DNA of 64,000 nucleotides from Cyanophora paradoxa CCMP329. Its lineage: Eukaryota > Plantae > Glaucophyta. The stretch is from positions 62,001-126,000 of the forward strand of contig QPMI01000572.1 of NCBI GenBank assembly GCA_004431415.1. The letters are read 5' to 3'. Shown here piece by piece: positions 37,935 through 50,004 of the stretch; position 1 is the stretch's first letter; every line of letters starts with the position of its first letter. A model generated the notes under the pieces. The model was not told the DNA's origin. It saw only the letters and a program-made list of their open reading frames with translations, and searched no databases. The translations under genes and the position numbers were made by a program.

Positions 37935-38425
37935 ACCCGGCGAGGGGCAGGCGCTCCCGCCGGAGCGCAGCGCGCGCGCGCGCGAGGCCTTGTGCCTCTG
38001 CGGCCGCTTTGATTGTCTTTTTGACTTCTGGGTTGCGATTGCGTCTCATATATGTAATTATTCTATAGCTATATCACCATCGCGATCATCGGACCGGACA
38101 TAAGCGAGGATGGCCGCGTGGCCGGAAAGCGATAATATTAATGGGGCCTTAAGCTTGATTGAGGGCGTGAGGGTTCCAATCGAAAAACTGTATTGTACAC
38201 AGGGGACTCGATATCACAAAATTGGAGGCCGCGGCTGACTCTAATGCGCGGCCGCGAGGAGAGAAATGCAACATATGGGAAAATCCGGGAAAACTGCGAA
38301 GACGGAAAGCTCACATCTGTTGCCGACCCGAGGGCCGGGGCCGTCTGACTGTACAGGTTGCACAAGTTGAAATTAAAGCTCCTCCGCGGATCCGCCGGCG
38401 CGCGCAGCCGGCCGGCGCGGCGCGC

Positions 38426-40596
38426 TCAGGCGGCAGCGTTGCCCTTCTTGTACGCCGCCTCGATCTCGTCGATGAGCGTCTTGCTTCCGATGTACACCGG
38501 CACCCGCTGCGCCCGCCCGCAGCTTACAAGCCGGGCGGGGGGTTAAGCAAGGGGGCGGGGGTACCTGGTGGATGCCCTTGGGCTGGACGTCGAGCACGTC
38601 CTCCTGCCCCGTGATCGCCCGCCCGCCCGCCTGGTGGGGGTACAGGCTCAATAGGGGACGGGGGACGGGGCGAGGCAGCCGGGGGTACCGCACCGCCTCC
38701 ACGATGAACGCGAAGGGATTGCACTCGTACAGGAGCCGAAGCTTGCCGCTCGGGCTCTGGGGGATGAGGGGTACAGCCCCGGGGCGTCGGTGGAGGGCGT
38801 CGGCGGAGGGAGGCGGTGGGAGAGGAGGAGGAGGGGGGGGGGGGGGGGGGGGAGGGGGGGGAAAGGACCTTGGAGTCGGCGGGGTAGATGAAGACGCCGC
38901 CCTTGAGGAGGGTACGGTGCATGTCGGCGACCATCGAGCCGACGTACCGCGCGTTGAACTTCTTCTCCTTGCACTGCACCGCGCCCCCGGGCCCGGCCCG
39001 GGGCCCCTCGAGATCAGCGCCCCCTCGGGCGCGGGCGCGACGCGCGCGCGCGTCGGATGCGTAGCTAGAGGCCGGTCGGGGCCGGCGGACCTGCTTGATG
39101 ACGCTGGTGATCACGGGATCCCACGACGCCGCCGCCGACTCGTTGATCGAGTAGATCGTCCCCGTCTGCGTTCGAGTTTGCGGCGGGCTCGGGTGAGGCC
39201 GGCACAGCCTCAGCTGGCAGAGTACGGTGCGACGGGGCGCACGCTGGGCATGCGTATGGCGGGGTGGGTCAGGAGGAACTCTGCGGGGGCACGCCTGAGC
39301 GGCGGGCGGCCTGGGGAGGGAGGGGTACGTGTGCGGACCTCCGATGAGGGTGTCCAGGGTGAAACCGACGGGCGGCTGGTCGCCGAACGTGAGGACTGCG
39401 GCCGGGGCGCCGGCCGGCCCCTAGCTGTGAGGCCGAGGAGCGAGATGGAGAGGCGGGGTCGGCGGCGAGCTCGAGCGCACCGAGCATGCAGGAGGAGCCG
39501 TACATGGCGTAGCCGGCGCATATGAGGTCGCGGCCGCGGCGGAGGACGTGCGGCTCGCCGGCGGCGGCGTAGGTCCCCGGGGGCACGCGGTAGACGCCGA
39601 AGATGGACCCGACTGTGATGTTGAGGTCCAGGTTCGACGAGCCGTCCAGCGGGTCGAACACTGCGCCCCGCCGCGCGCGCGCCGGCGCCGATCAACCACG
39701 GTGGGATCAAATTCGGATTCGATCCGGCGCACCGACGGCGAAGCACTCGTCCTCGTTCGCGCTGTCGACGATGATGACGTTGTCCTCCTCCTCCGACGCC
39801 AGCACGCGGGCCCGGCAGGTGTCGGAGAGCGCGCGGATGAAGAGCTGGCCGCGCGGGAAAAGCGCGCCGGCGCCGCGTAAGCCGAGGGAGCGCGGGAAGC
39901 GATGGGAGCGCGGCGCGCGGGATTACCTCGTTTGAGAGGACGTCGAGCTTGATCTGCGCCTCGCCCTGCACGTTGACGATCCCCGCCAGATCCTGCACGC
40001 CGAGCACGCCTGCCGAGCGGACCGGAGCGGTCAGCGAACGTTCGCTCCCACGACCTCGACGCGCGCCACCAAATTAGCGATCGCTGGCGTCACGGGCGCC
40101 GGCGCCGGCGTCTGATTGCGTGCTCATTGCGCAAACTGAGGCCGTGACCGGCGCCGCGCGCCAGCCCGAAGAGCGCTTCTAAATTATTTGTTCAATCTAT
40201 GCGTGTTAACGACGGGGCGCAACAGGCCCCGCGAAGCTCAGGCGGCTCGACCGAGCACCCGTCAGATTGACCGGGCGGAAATGAACGCACTGCTGCGGCT
40301 GATGAGGGATGAGATCGATTTGCACGCAAACTGCGGCATCAATTACACAATGAGCCGGCCGGAGCCGGGCGCGCACGCGCACCGCGAGTCCCATCAGCAA
40401 CGAGCGGAGAGGCTGCGTGGGCATGCCGCTGGCTTGCGTGGACGCGATGAGAAAGGAATGGAATGTCTTCAGCTTCAACTGCGGACAAGAATGACGCGCG
40501 CGCGCGGCGCGCCGCACCCGGCGGCACGGCGCTTATTCGGCGGGGCACCCTCTCGGTGTCGAGCACGGGCTTCGTCGGGAGCGCCGGCATTGCCAT
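38426..40596 (-). CDS. FBP: Fructose-1,6-bisphosphatase class I, multi-exon
   Basis: [94 protein letters not shown]|AGG and IHQ|RVPVYIGS. The start codon is inferred. Confidence 0.93.
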
Positions 40597-41087
40597 AGCT
40601 TCGCTGCTGGACGGCTCGGAGAACTAGTACGCGTGTGCAGAACTAGACCAGCCAGGCCACTGGGCCACGCCAGTATATAAGCTGGTGCTAGAGATCGTAC
40701 CCCTCTTCGCTCCCTGCACTGGTATCCCTCTGCCTCTGCCCCCTAGCTAAAGATCGGCTCCGGATCCGATCCCGCGGCCGGCGATCGCGATCGCGAGGCC
40801 CAAATTTCAGAAGGGGCTCCGAGCCTCCGAGGCTCCGGCCCCCGGCGGGCGACGGCGGCCCCGGGGCCCGGGCCTCCATTAATTTGACGCTCGCCGGGCT
40901 GCCGGCGGCCCGCCGGGCCGCCGCCGCCGGGCCGCGGCCGGCGGCGCCCGGCGCCGGGGGCCGGGGCGCCGGCGCCGGCGGCGCCGGATCGACCATGGAC
41001 TCTGGCATTGAGGGCCATTTATAATTAAGGCTGTGATTGAGCCAGCTGGGTGGGGGTACAAATCTGTGCAAAATTATTATTAATTAC

Positions 41088-41165
41088 CCAATCGCGCTAG
41101 GGCAAGATTCTCTATTGGCTGACGGAGCCGCCACTGGCCCGCCAGTGTTCCTGCTATAAATATAC
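41088..41165 (+). promoter_or_regulatory. Candidate Pol II core promoter (CCAAT/ATTGG boxes and TATAAATA) for the downstream + strand gene
   Basis: CCAAT at about 41088, ATTGG at about 41114 and TATAAATA at 41155-41162, in an AT-richer patch between divergent genes. Confidence 0.35.
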
Positions 41166-41235
41166 ATCGAGCTCGAGAGTGCAGGTCATTTTTTCAACCC
41201 ATCAAGGCTTTCGAGTCAAGTTTTTAAGCGCATTC

Positions 41236-44200
41236 ATGTTCGACCACTTCTCCGATTGCGTCCCCCCCCCTTGCAAACTTCGCAATCGGGCGCTGTACCC
41301 GCGTCGCCGACTACATCTCCTAGCTAAGGGCCACCTCGCCTTCGAATTCGTCTCTGCTGCTGGCCGGGCTGTGCTGCTGGTCACGGTAGCCCATGAACCT
41401 GCTGCTGTAGCCTGAAGCCAAGGGAAGACGATCCCTGCAGCTGCAGCTGCGAACTTGAGAACGCAGAGAGAGCATAGCGAGAGCGTGTTGGTGCCATCGC
41501 TATAGCTAGTGCCACGCCGCAACTGATGAGCGCTTTAGGCACTCGTGTGCGTATTTAGATTGCGTCAGCTGTGCGGCGCACAGCGGCAGCGCAGGAAACG
41601 GAAGCCCGGCCGTGTGCAGCGCCGACCGATCACTGTGCAGCGCCCTTAGCTTGAGTGAGCTTGCAGCATCGCTCTGCTGTCGGCTATAGGCTCTCAACCG
41701 CCGTGCATCGGGACCGCCGCCGTGCCAGCCCTTCTGACGCGCGTTCGAGTGCTTCCGGGCCTGCAACGAACGCTGGGCGCCCCGCGGGAATGCGCGGATA
41801 CGCGCTAAGCAAATCGTTGAGCGCGTCTTCATCATGAGCTCCTCCAGCTCAACGGGCGGGAGGGGCGCGAGCCCCGTCCCGGCCATGCAACGCGCCGGCA
41901 CGACCTTTCTCCTCCTGCACCGCACTGGATGCAGCGCCGCAGCGGGCGCGCCGGGGTCCCCTCCCCGTGCATGCGCCCCACGCTGACCGGCGCCGCCCGC
42001 AGCGTTCGTGGAGGTCGAGCCGGAGTTCGTCGAGAGCGTGGCGGACCGGCTCAGCGCGACGCAGGCGGGCCGCACGGAGAGCGTTGTCGGCTTCGTGCCG
42101 CGCGCCTGCTACCACCTCATCTGCTCGCGGCAGTACAAGCTGGGCCTGACGGACCGGAGCGCCGAGAACGCCGCCCTGTGGTCCGGCGCCCTCATCCGCG
42201 TCTCCCTCGTGTACCGCGGTGCGCGCGCCCCGCGGCCCCCGCCCCCGCCCCGGCCTCCGATGCCGGCGCCTTGCCCCCGCTCCGCCGCCGCAGACGACGG
42301 GGAGCAAGTGCTGCACGCGTTCCTCCCGAACGTGCGCTCAGGGCGCCGCCGCGCCCCGCGCGCGCCCGCGCCGGCCCCTCGCCCACCTCGCCTCCGTCGC
42401 CGCCGCGCAGGGCTCCGAGACGGTCGAGCCGAGTCCCGGGACGAAGCGCAAGAAGAGCCGGCAGTGTGAGCCTCAGCAGCCCCGCCCCGCCCAGCCCCGC
42501 CCGCCCCGCCCGCCCCGCCCCGCCCCGCCCCGCCCGCCCCGCCGCGGCGCGCCCGAGCCCGCCCCGGCCCTCCGCAGCGCCCTCGTCCGGGGAGGAGAAA
42601 GAGAAATCAAAGGAGAACGCCGACGTGAGCGGCCCTACCCCTCGCCCCCTCCCCTGCCCCTCCCCCCTCCCCCCCCCCCCCCCCCCCCCTCCCCGACGCC
42701 GCCGCAGGTCGGCCCCTTGCTCCGCTTCCAGCCGGGCGTGACCCAGCCGGGGGGTAAGGGGAACTTCCGAAACGCGATCGCGTGCCGCGAGGTCCGTACC
42801 CCGCCTTCCATCGCCGTCCTCTCCCCCCTGACGCGCCGCGGGCGAAGGTTCTCCTCCGCATGGGGGGCGAGGGCGAGTCGGTCGGCTCCTTCGGATTCGT
42901 CGCCACCTCGGTACCCCGCGCCCGCGCCGCCCGCCCCTCGTCTCGCGCCTCACCTGAGTCCGGGCGGCAGTTCTGCCACCGGCGGCGGGCGTTCGCGCTA
43001 AAGATGGAGATCGAAGAGGGCCTGCCGCAGCTGGCGGTGGCGGGGCGGCTGGAGTTCACGACCCGGACGCACCACAAGGGCCGCACCCTCGGCCTCGCCG
43101 TCTTCGGCCTCGACGTCCCGGAGTCCTCCCAGCGCGCCTCCAGGCCCGCCCCCGCACCCCCCGCCCGCCCGCCCGGAGCCCCGGTCCGAGCCGTGCCGCG
43201 CGCAGTGAGGGCGGCGACGACTCCAGCGACGAGGGCGGCCCCGAGGGCAAGCGGCAGGTCGTCCTCACGGGCTCCAGGGGGCCCCTGCCCCCCCTCGCCG
43301 GCCTCCTCGACTACCTCGTTCTGTGCGCCGTAACCCCCTTCTGTGCCCGTACCCGGCCGCGACCCCTCCCCGCCTCCACCTCCGCAGGACGGACGGGGTG
43401 CTCCGCGGGCCCCCGCCGCGCGTTTTCGACATTTCTGAGATCGGAAGCGAGACTTACCCCAACGAGGAGCTCTCGGGGGTACGCGCCGGACCGCCCGAGG
43501 GGGTACGCCAATCGTTCCGACATCTTCCGCCCCCAGATCATCAGAAGCTACGAAGCGGCGGCTCGGGAGACGCTGGAAAAGAACCCTGCAGCCGCCGCCC
43601 TGAGTGAGCCTGCCCGCACCCCCCTCGGACCCCTTCGCCGGCCGCTCAAGCGGGGGTACAGCCTCGCGCTTCGAGGAGCACCTCCCGGGGCCCGAGGAGG
43701 GGGCGGTGGTACCCCCCGAGGACCCGCTAGGGCCCCTCGTGACCCCCCGGGGCGCCATCGCCGCCTCCCCCGCCCCAGCGCTTGCCGTCCTGGCGCCCTC
43801 CTCCCTCCCCTCCAGCGCCGCCGACAGCCCCGTACGCCCCGCCCCGCCTCCTCCCCCCGGGCCCACCCTCACGCCCCGCCCCGCCTCAGATCTGGTTCCT
43901 CCTGCTCTCCCCGCCCGAAATCACCGCCGCCCTGGCGGCCTTCAGGCAGGCCCTGGAGGGGACCGAGCCCCTCAGTACCCCTGTCAACCTCGCCTCCGTC
44001 GGCCGCGTGCGCCCCCCTCCGCCCCCGCCGCGATCCCCTGCACGGAGTCACCGTACCCCGCGGCAGGCGCTGTTCAACCCCCGGCTGCTGGGCACCCCCC
44101 TACTCTCGACCTTCCCCGGCCGCTACCGCCTCCTGCAGGCGCCCCGTACCCCCCTCGCCTCCGCGGTGGCGCTGCCGTCTGAGCTCGCCTCACCTGAGCA

Positions 44201-46710
44201 GGGCCTCCACCGGCTGGTCGAGGAAGGGGAGGGCGAGACGGTACCCCCTGCGCCCGCTCGCCGGCCCCTCCCCGGCGCCTCGCCTGACGCGTCCCTTCCT
44301 TTCAGGCCCAGCAGTTCATCAAGCTGGCAACAGGGCACCTCCTGGGCATCCCGACCCTCCCCCGCAGGTGAAGCTCGCCCTCGGCCGACCCGGGCCCGCC
44401 CTGCCCGGGCCGACGCGCGCCCCGCCCCGCCCCGCCCCGCCCCGCCCGCAGCGACGCCGCCGTGATCGCCGTCCGCGCCATTCTCGACTTCGTCGAGGCC
44501 GGTGCGCCGTGTACCCCCCGGCCTCTTGCCCCCCGCCCACCCCCGCGTGACGTCACGCCGGCGGCAGCGTCGGGGCCCGTGGCGGCGGTGGCGCCGCAGC
44601 TGACCCTGCTGGGAGAGGGGCCGGCCCTCCAGGTCCGCCCCCGAGCCGGCCAGGCCCGGCCTCGGGCCTTTCGGCGCAGCCCCTCACGCCCCGCGCAGCT
44701 CCTCGGGGCAGCCCGCCGCATCCTCACGGGCCACGAGGACTCGGTGCCCTCCTCCCCGCCCCCCGCCCCCCCCTGCTCCCCCCATCTGATTCGGTACCCC
44801 CAGCTCCCGCAGGTCTACTGCGAGTACCTCTACAGGCGGGCGATGACCGAGTGGCAGGCGAGCCGCTTCCCGGCCCCGGGGGCCCCGCTTCTCCTGACGG
44901 GCCCCAGAACGAGCGGGAGCACAGGGCCCTCGAGGGCCTCTTCGACTGCTGGTCCACCATCGTCCGCCTCCAGGTCCGCGCGCTCTCGTACCCCCCTCCC
45001 CCGGGCCCCTCTGGGCCGTACCCCCTTGAAGCGGCCGCGCCAGCTCGCCCCCTGCCGCCTCGAGGCGCGCCTCCTCCACAACCTCCTCCACCTCGCCAGT
45101 GCGCCCCTGTACCCCCCTTCTCCACCCCCCCTCCCCCCACTTTCCGACTCGCGCGCCCGCAGTCCGCGTCCCCGGAAACCTCGCCCTCGCCGTGCGCCTG
45201 CGTACCCCCCTCCCCGCGTGGTCCGATTACCACCGCCGACGCGGCTCCCCGCAGAAGCACCTTTCTTGTGGCGTCTACTGGTGAGGGCGCCACCGAAGAC
45301 GATTCCGCCCCCCCCCCTCCGCGTCCTCAAGCCGAAGCCGTACCCCCCAGGTTCGAAGAAACGGTGGAGGACCACGTGGACAAGGCCCTCTGCCTCTCCA
45401 CCCTCGGTGCCCCCCTTTCCGCACCCTCTGGCCCCGGCATGCACACCCACGGGGCGGGGGCAGGGCTGGCCGAGCTGGCCAAGCGCAACCTGCCGAGCTC
45501 CCTCTCCTTCCTCGACCGCGCGATGGCCACGCTGCAGGTACCCCCGCTGTCCCCCCTTCCCCCCCCCCCCCTCGACGTTTCTGACACCTCTCTCTCCAGC
45601 ACGTGGCGCCCTACGGGGACTGCTACCGGCAGCTCTTCGTTCGCCCTGCCCTCGTCCGGGTGCGCGGCTCCCGCGCCACGCCCTGCGCCATGCGTACCCC
45701 CGCTCATCCAGAGTTCCGCCGCAGGCCTTTGTCCTCCTGCACGCGAGTGAGCGCCGCCCTCCGGCCGCGCCGCGCCGCGCCGCGCCGCGCCGCTCTCGAA
45801 CGCGCTGTACCCCCACAGACCGCCCCTCGTCGGCCGTGAAGGATTTCAAGCTCGCGCTTACGCTTCTCAAGGTTCGCGTACCCCTGCCGCCCGCTAGCGA
45901 GTCGAGTGGCGTACTCTGCCGCCGCCGGCGGGCCGCCCCCTGACGCGCCGCGCTCCTTTCCTCCCCCAGGAAACCTGCCGAGTCCCTGACCCCTTCTGGG
46001 ACATTCTGTGAGGACACCCCCGTGAACCGAGCGCGCGTGTCGCCCCGCTGATCGCGGGGTGGACAGGTACTCGGCGCGCGCCCAGTACCTCCGGGTCCGC
46101 GAGAAGGAGCGGGGGCAGCAGTTCCACACGACGCGCGTCACCACCGGTTCGAACCCCGCGGGGGCCACTCCGGCGGACGCCCGCCCACGCCCGCCCCGCG
46201 CGCAGCCCTCTTCCGCACCTCTCTGCTCTCGATGCGGGTGCGCGTCTCTTTCCGATGCAGCTCCAGCGCACCCCCCCTTCGTTGACGCACGCACCCGTAC
46301 CCCCCGCAGCTCGTCGACCTGAACTCGGAGACGCCGCTCCGGGCGCACGCCCTCACCCGCACGGGGGAGTTCTACGTCGCGCTGGGTACCCCCCCTTCCC
46401 CTCCGTGCCGCGCGGGGCGAGCGGGCCTCACGGACGGGGGGCAGGGCGGTACGGGAAGGCGGTGGCGTGCTTCGAGGAGGCGGCGCAGCAGGTGCAGGGG
46501 CAGCACCCGCGCTGCTTCGGGCCGGGGCACCCCTATGTCTCCCACCTCCGCGCCCTCCGCGACAGCGCCTACTCCCGCGCCACCGTCCCCCGCCCCCTCC
46601 ACACCCACCCCTACGCCCCGCCCGGCCACGGCCACGGGCGCGGCCAGGGCGCCCCCGACGGCCCCGCCGCTCAGGGCGCCTACATGCTCCCGGACGTCGT
46701 CGCATCCTAG
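41236..46710 (+). CDS. Hypothetical multi-exon protein with NLS-like KRKK and TPR-like helical C-terminus; start uncertain
   Basis: A series of short coding-biased exons is bounded by GY...AG introns (FVEVEPEFVESV..., FALKMEIEEGLPQLAVAGRLEFTTRTHHKG, GLAELAKRNLPSSLSFLDRAMATLQ, AHALTRTGEFYVALG|RYGKAVACFEEA...FGPGHPYV). TAG at 46710. Confidence 0.65.
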
Positions 46711-47720
46711 GCTCTCCGCACCCTTTCGCGCCTGCTTTGCTCTCGCCTTCCGAGCGCTTTCTGTGAAAGGACGCTCAGCGGCTGCAAATATGTAGTAAAG
46801 CCGCACCTAGTCTGTTTAGTTTGAGGACTCGCGCCTCGAACCATTGGGCCCTTTGTTGATCGCTTAGTAGCGCTAGCGTACAAGTTTCAAGCCTTCCCTG
46901 CATCTTTGTCACAGTGTTTATATCGCTAACAGCTGCAGTAACCGTGCCTTGTCTAGATCTTCCAAGTAGATTTAGCTAGACCTAGACGTCCTTCACAGAC
47001 AGTACAGGGACAATATAGGAATTGCAATTGCCGGCACCGCCACCCGAAAAGAACCACGTGCACCACCGCTCGCGCTCGCGCAGATGTACGATCGAGTGAC
47101 GGTGCAAACAAGCGCTATACACTGCCGAAGCGGCCGACTCCATGTCGGGCCCCCCCAAGGGCCTGTAGGGGCTCCCGCCACCGCCCCGAGACGACCCCCG
47201 CCGCCACAAGACGCGATGCAGCACCACGCCGCGCGTGCGGGCACCTTTAGCTATTTAGCTAGCCAGGGTGTCCGCGGGGAGGCGCATTACTCTCCTTAGG
47301 GGGCCACGCAGGGCCCGGCTGGCCGAGCGTGAGCTCGGTGGGCTGGGCCCGCGGCCGCGGCGGCCGCAGTGTACATTCCCACACTTGTAGCCCGGACCTG
47401 CGTCTTTAGTACGTGTCCAAATGCGAAGCGGCCATCTACTAACACTTAATTTAGGAACAAAAAGACGGAGAGAGACGCGAAAAAGGAAAAAAACGGGTTG
47501 GTGTAGATCGAGGAGAGAAGAGGGGAAGAGGAATAAAGCGCGGCGGAAGGAAGGGTGGATGGATGCCATTGGATGGCTAGAAGGGCGAGGGGGCGGGGAT
47601 TAACGGGGAGTCGCTGTCGATCCGCAGCGGGACGGACTCAAGGTGGGCGGGTGGACGGTGGTGGAAGCCGAGAGGGAAGAACGGATGAGGGGGAGGGGGG
47701 GAGAGCGTCGCCGGGATGGC

Positions 47721-48846
47721 TCAGCAGGAGAGCGGGGGGATGAGGAAGAGCCGCGCGTCGCTCCGGATTGCGAAGAGCATTCGGCGCGCCGGCTCCGTGT
47801 CCCGCGGGTCCGCTTCGCAGAGGAAGTGCGGCGCGTTGTAGTACACGGTGACGCTGATCTCCTCCTCCCGCGAGAACAGCGCCTTGGCGATCTGCGGGGC
47901 TGTCGGTGTGAGCGCACAGAGAGGAAAGTTCGGAAGGGGGGCGCACGAAAGCTACAAGGTTGCCGTCAATGCTGGTGCCATACATCGAGAGGAACGCGGT
48001 CAGGCAGACTTCTTTGCGCTGCTGGATGAATTGATGACACGAGTGCGATTGATTGCTTGATGAGCTCAGCTCCCACGACCGGAACGCGGCTTGCCGTGCC
48101 CTGCGCAGGACGTTGGTCAAAGAGGGCTAGAGGAGAGGGAGCAACTACAAAGAGTTTCTTAGAACAGAGAAAAGGTAGCATCGAAGAGCGCACGGAAGAT
48201 TGCAGTCGACGAGCCGCAGAAGCGCGCTTTGCCGCGGCATCGCGTGTTGTATGCGGCCGAATGTCGTGAGGTTCTCGTCGAGAATTCCGTGCGCTGTGCA
48301 TACTGCGACGCGCTGCTCCAGAACCTCATGGCTCGCGCCATCTGCGGAAGGAGCGTTCAGATCGGTAGCGCGGGACTCGGCGACGGGCGCACTCCCAAGG
48401 ATCTGCAGCACATGACCAGGACAGTTCAGATCCGACGCCGCTGAAGCCGCCGTTCGACGCGAACGCTTCGGTCCGAGCGGGCTGCGGACGCTCGGTGCGG
48501 AATCGCCGAGATCTCCATAACTACGCTTGAAGGAACCTCGCATCTTCTCCCGGAGCTCGCCCGACGCTGGTCTTGAAGAAAGGGAAGGGAGCGGGCGCAG
48601 AGCTTGTGACGGGGATGCCTTCGCTTTGGACCACGCGAAATGAGCAGTCAAAGAAGTCCGGCCAACACTATCACTAGCGAACGCCGATCGATCAATCCGC
48701 TCGAGACCGTGTACCCAGGCTGAAGCTGGGGGGGGGGTGGAGGTCCGGCAGCGGACGCGATAGCTAGCTGCAGGTGCACGCCCCGGGCCCCCCGCAGCTC
48801 GCAGATCTAGAGAGTCGACGTCTCGGAATTCCAAGATTCCGGCCAT
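47721..48846 (-). CDS. Hypothetical protein (about 3 exons)
   Basis: A long open frame runs from ATG 48846 (MAGILEF...). Putative introns at about 48120-48193 and about 47900-47947 lead to a last exon PQIAKALFSREEISVTVYYNAPHF...IPPLSC*. Confidence 0.45.
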
Positions 48847-49027
48847 AGTATTGTCTACTAGGCTAGTAGTAGTACACGAAAGCAACACAAAACATGATGC
48901 ACTCCTCGTGCACGTGTTACAAAAAAGGAAGGCGCAGTATGCATGCGTAGGCAGCGCAGCAGACCGCGGTCTGCTGCCTCGCAGCCTTTGCAAATTGCCA
49001 CAGGCAGTTGGCGTAGGCCCCGAGAAA

Positions 49028-49837
49028 TCAGGAGGCCTCGACTGGAGCCCCAAAGCTCAGCGATGTGAGATATCCGATGCGCGCAGTCGCCGCCGCCATG
49101 CGCTCGAGGCAATCGTTCGCGGTCCGCATGTTTCGCAGCGCGTTCTGCGCGCTAGGAGATGAGCGGCGCAAGGCCGACGCGCGGCGCGCCGGGACGAACC
49201 TGGGACATCTCCCCAACTCGCCCAATGCCGACGCCGAGGCTCTGAAGCTCTTTCGTTGTGTCCGTGAGGCACTGCGCCCACTTCCCGTGCAGCTTCTTGC
49301 GCAGCGCTTCGTTCTTGTCCGCTGCGCGGCGCACGCGTTAGCTGCAGCTGGCGGCGACGGCGTGCGGTCCCCCTCGCGTGCGCACGGAGCTGTTTGCTCC
49401 TCGAGCTGAGGTCCGCGGCGGCGGCATCGGTCAAGGCGGCGCGGTGTCGCGGTAATGGCACGGGTCAACAAAAGAGCGAGCGTGCAGCGCAAAGGATACA
49501 CATGCTGCAGCGGCGAGGACGGTAGCGACGTGTTCGCAAGGGTGTTGCTGACAGCCTCCTGCGCTCTCCGGAAGAAGGAGCTGACCGCGTTCTTCAGGTC
49601 GCTGCTGGTCCGCCCTGGCGTTGGGCTGCCGCTGGCGCCCGGACCCTGCGTCACGCCTGTGACCTGGAACTGGAACTTCTGAAACTTGCCGAGGCCCTCG
49701 CTGTCGCCGGTCTGCTCGTCGGCCTCATCCGCCACGGCCGCCTCGTCGCCATCCTCCTGATCCGCGACCTCCTCCTCCTCCTCCTCGGCCGCCTCCTGCG
49801 CCTCCTCCTCCGCTGGGCGCTCTTCTTCCGCCGGCAT
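49028..49837 (-). CDS. Small protein with acidic N-terminus and C-terminal coiled coil; possibly BLOC-1 subunit 3-like
   Basis: MPAEEERPAEEE... acidic tract, then spliced KNEALRKKLHGKWAQCLTDTTKELQSL...EMSQ|NALRNMRTANDCLERM. The family guess is by eye only. Confidence 0.55.
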   Translation of the reverse strand: MPAEEERPAEEEAQEAAEEEEEEVADQEDGDEAAVADEADEQTGDSEGLGKFQKFQFQVTGVTQGPGASGSPTPGRTSSDLKNAVSSFFRRAQEAVSNTLANTSLPSSPLQHVYPLRCTLALLLTRAITATPRRLDRCRRRGPQLEEQTAPCAREGDRTPSPPAAANACAAQRTRTKRCARSCTGSGRSASRTQRKSFRASASALGELGRCPRFVPARRASALRRSSPSAQNALRNMRTANDCLERMAAATARIGYLTSLSFGAPVEAS

Positions 49838-50004
49838 CGTCGGTCGAACTGTACCCCCTCCGAAATTCCCTCCCCCTCAAAGCCGCTTTCGGAAGCCCCA
49901 AACCACGCTTGTGCGCATCGCTTCCATCGCACAGCGAGCCTAGCTAGCTCTTTTCTAGCCATAGCGGGTGCTGGCTAGCCAGCCTCGCTCGGACGAGGCC
50001 CACG

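Noticed and set aside
38810-38862. Long G-run (and the C-run at about 42655-42695) as functional G-quadruplexes
   Set aside because: They are extreme cases of the general C-rich intron composition, and homopolymer length is unreliable.
41521-41560. CTGATGAG hammerhead core
   Set aside because: No stem II closed by GAAA follows.
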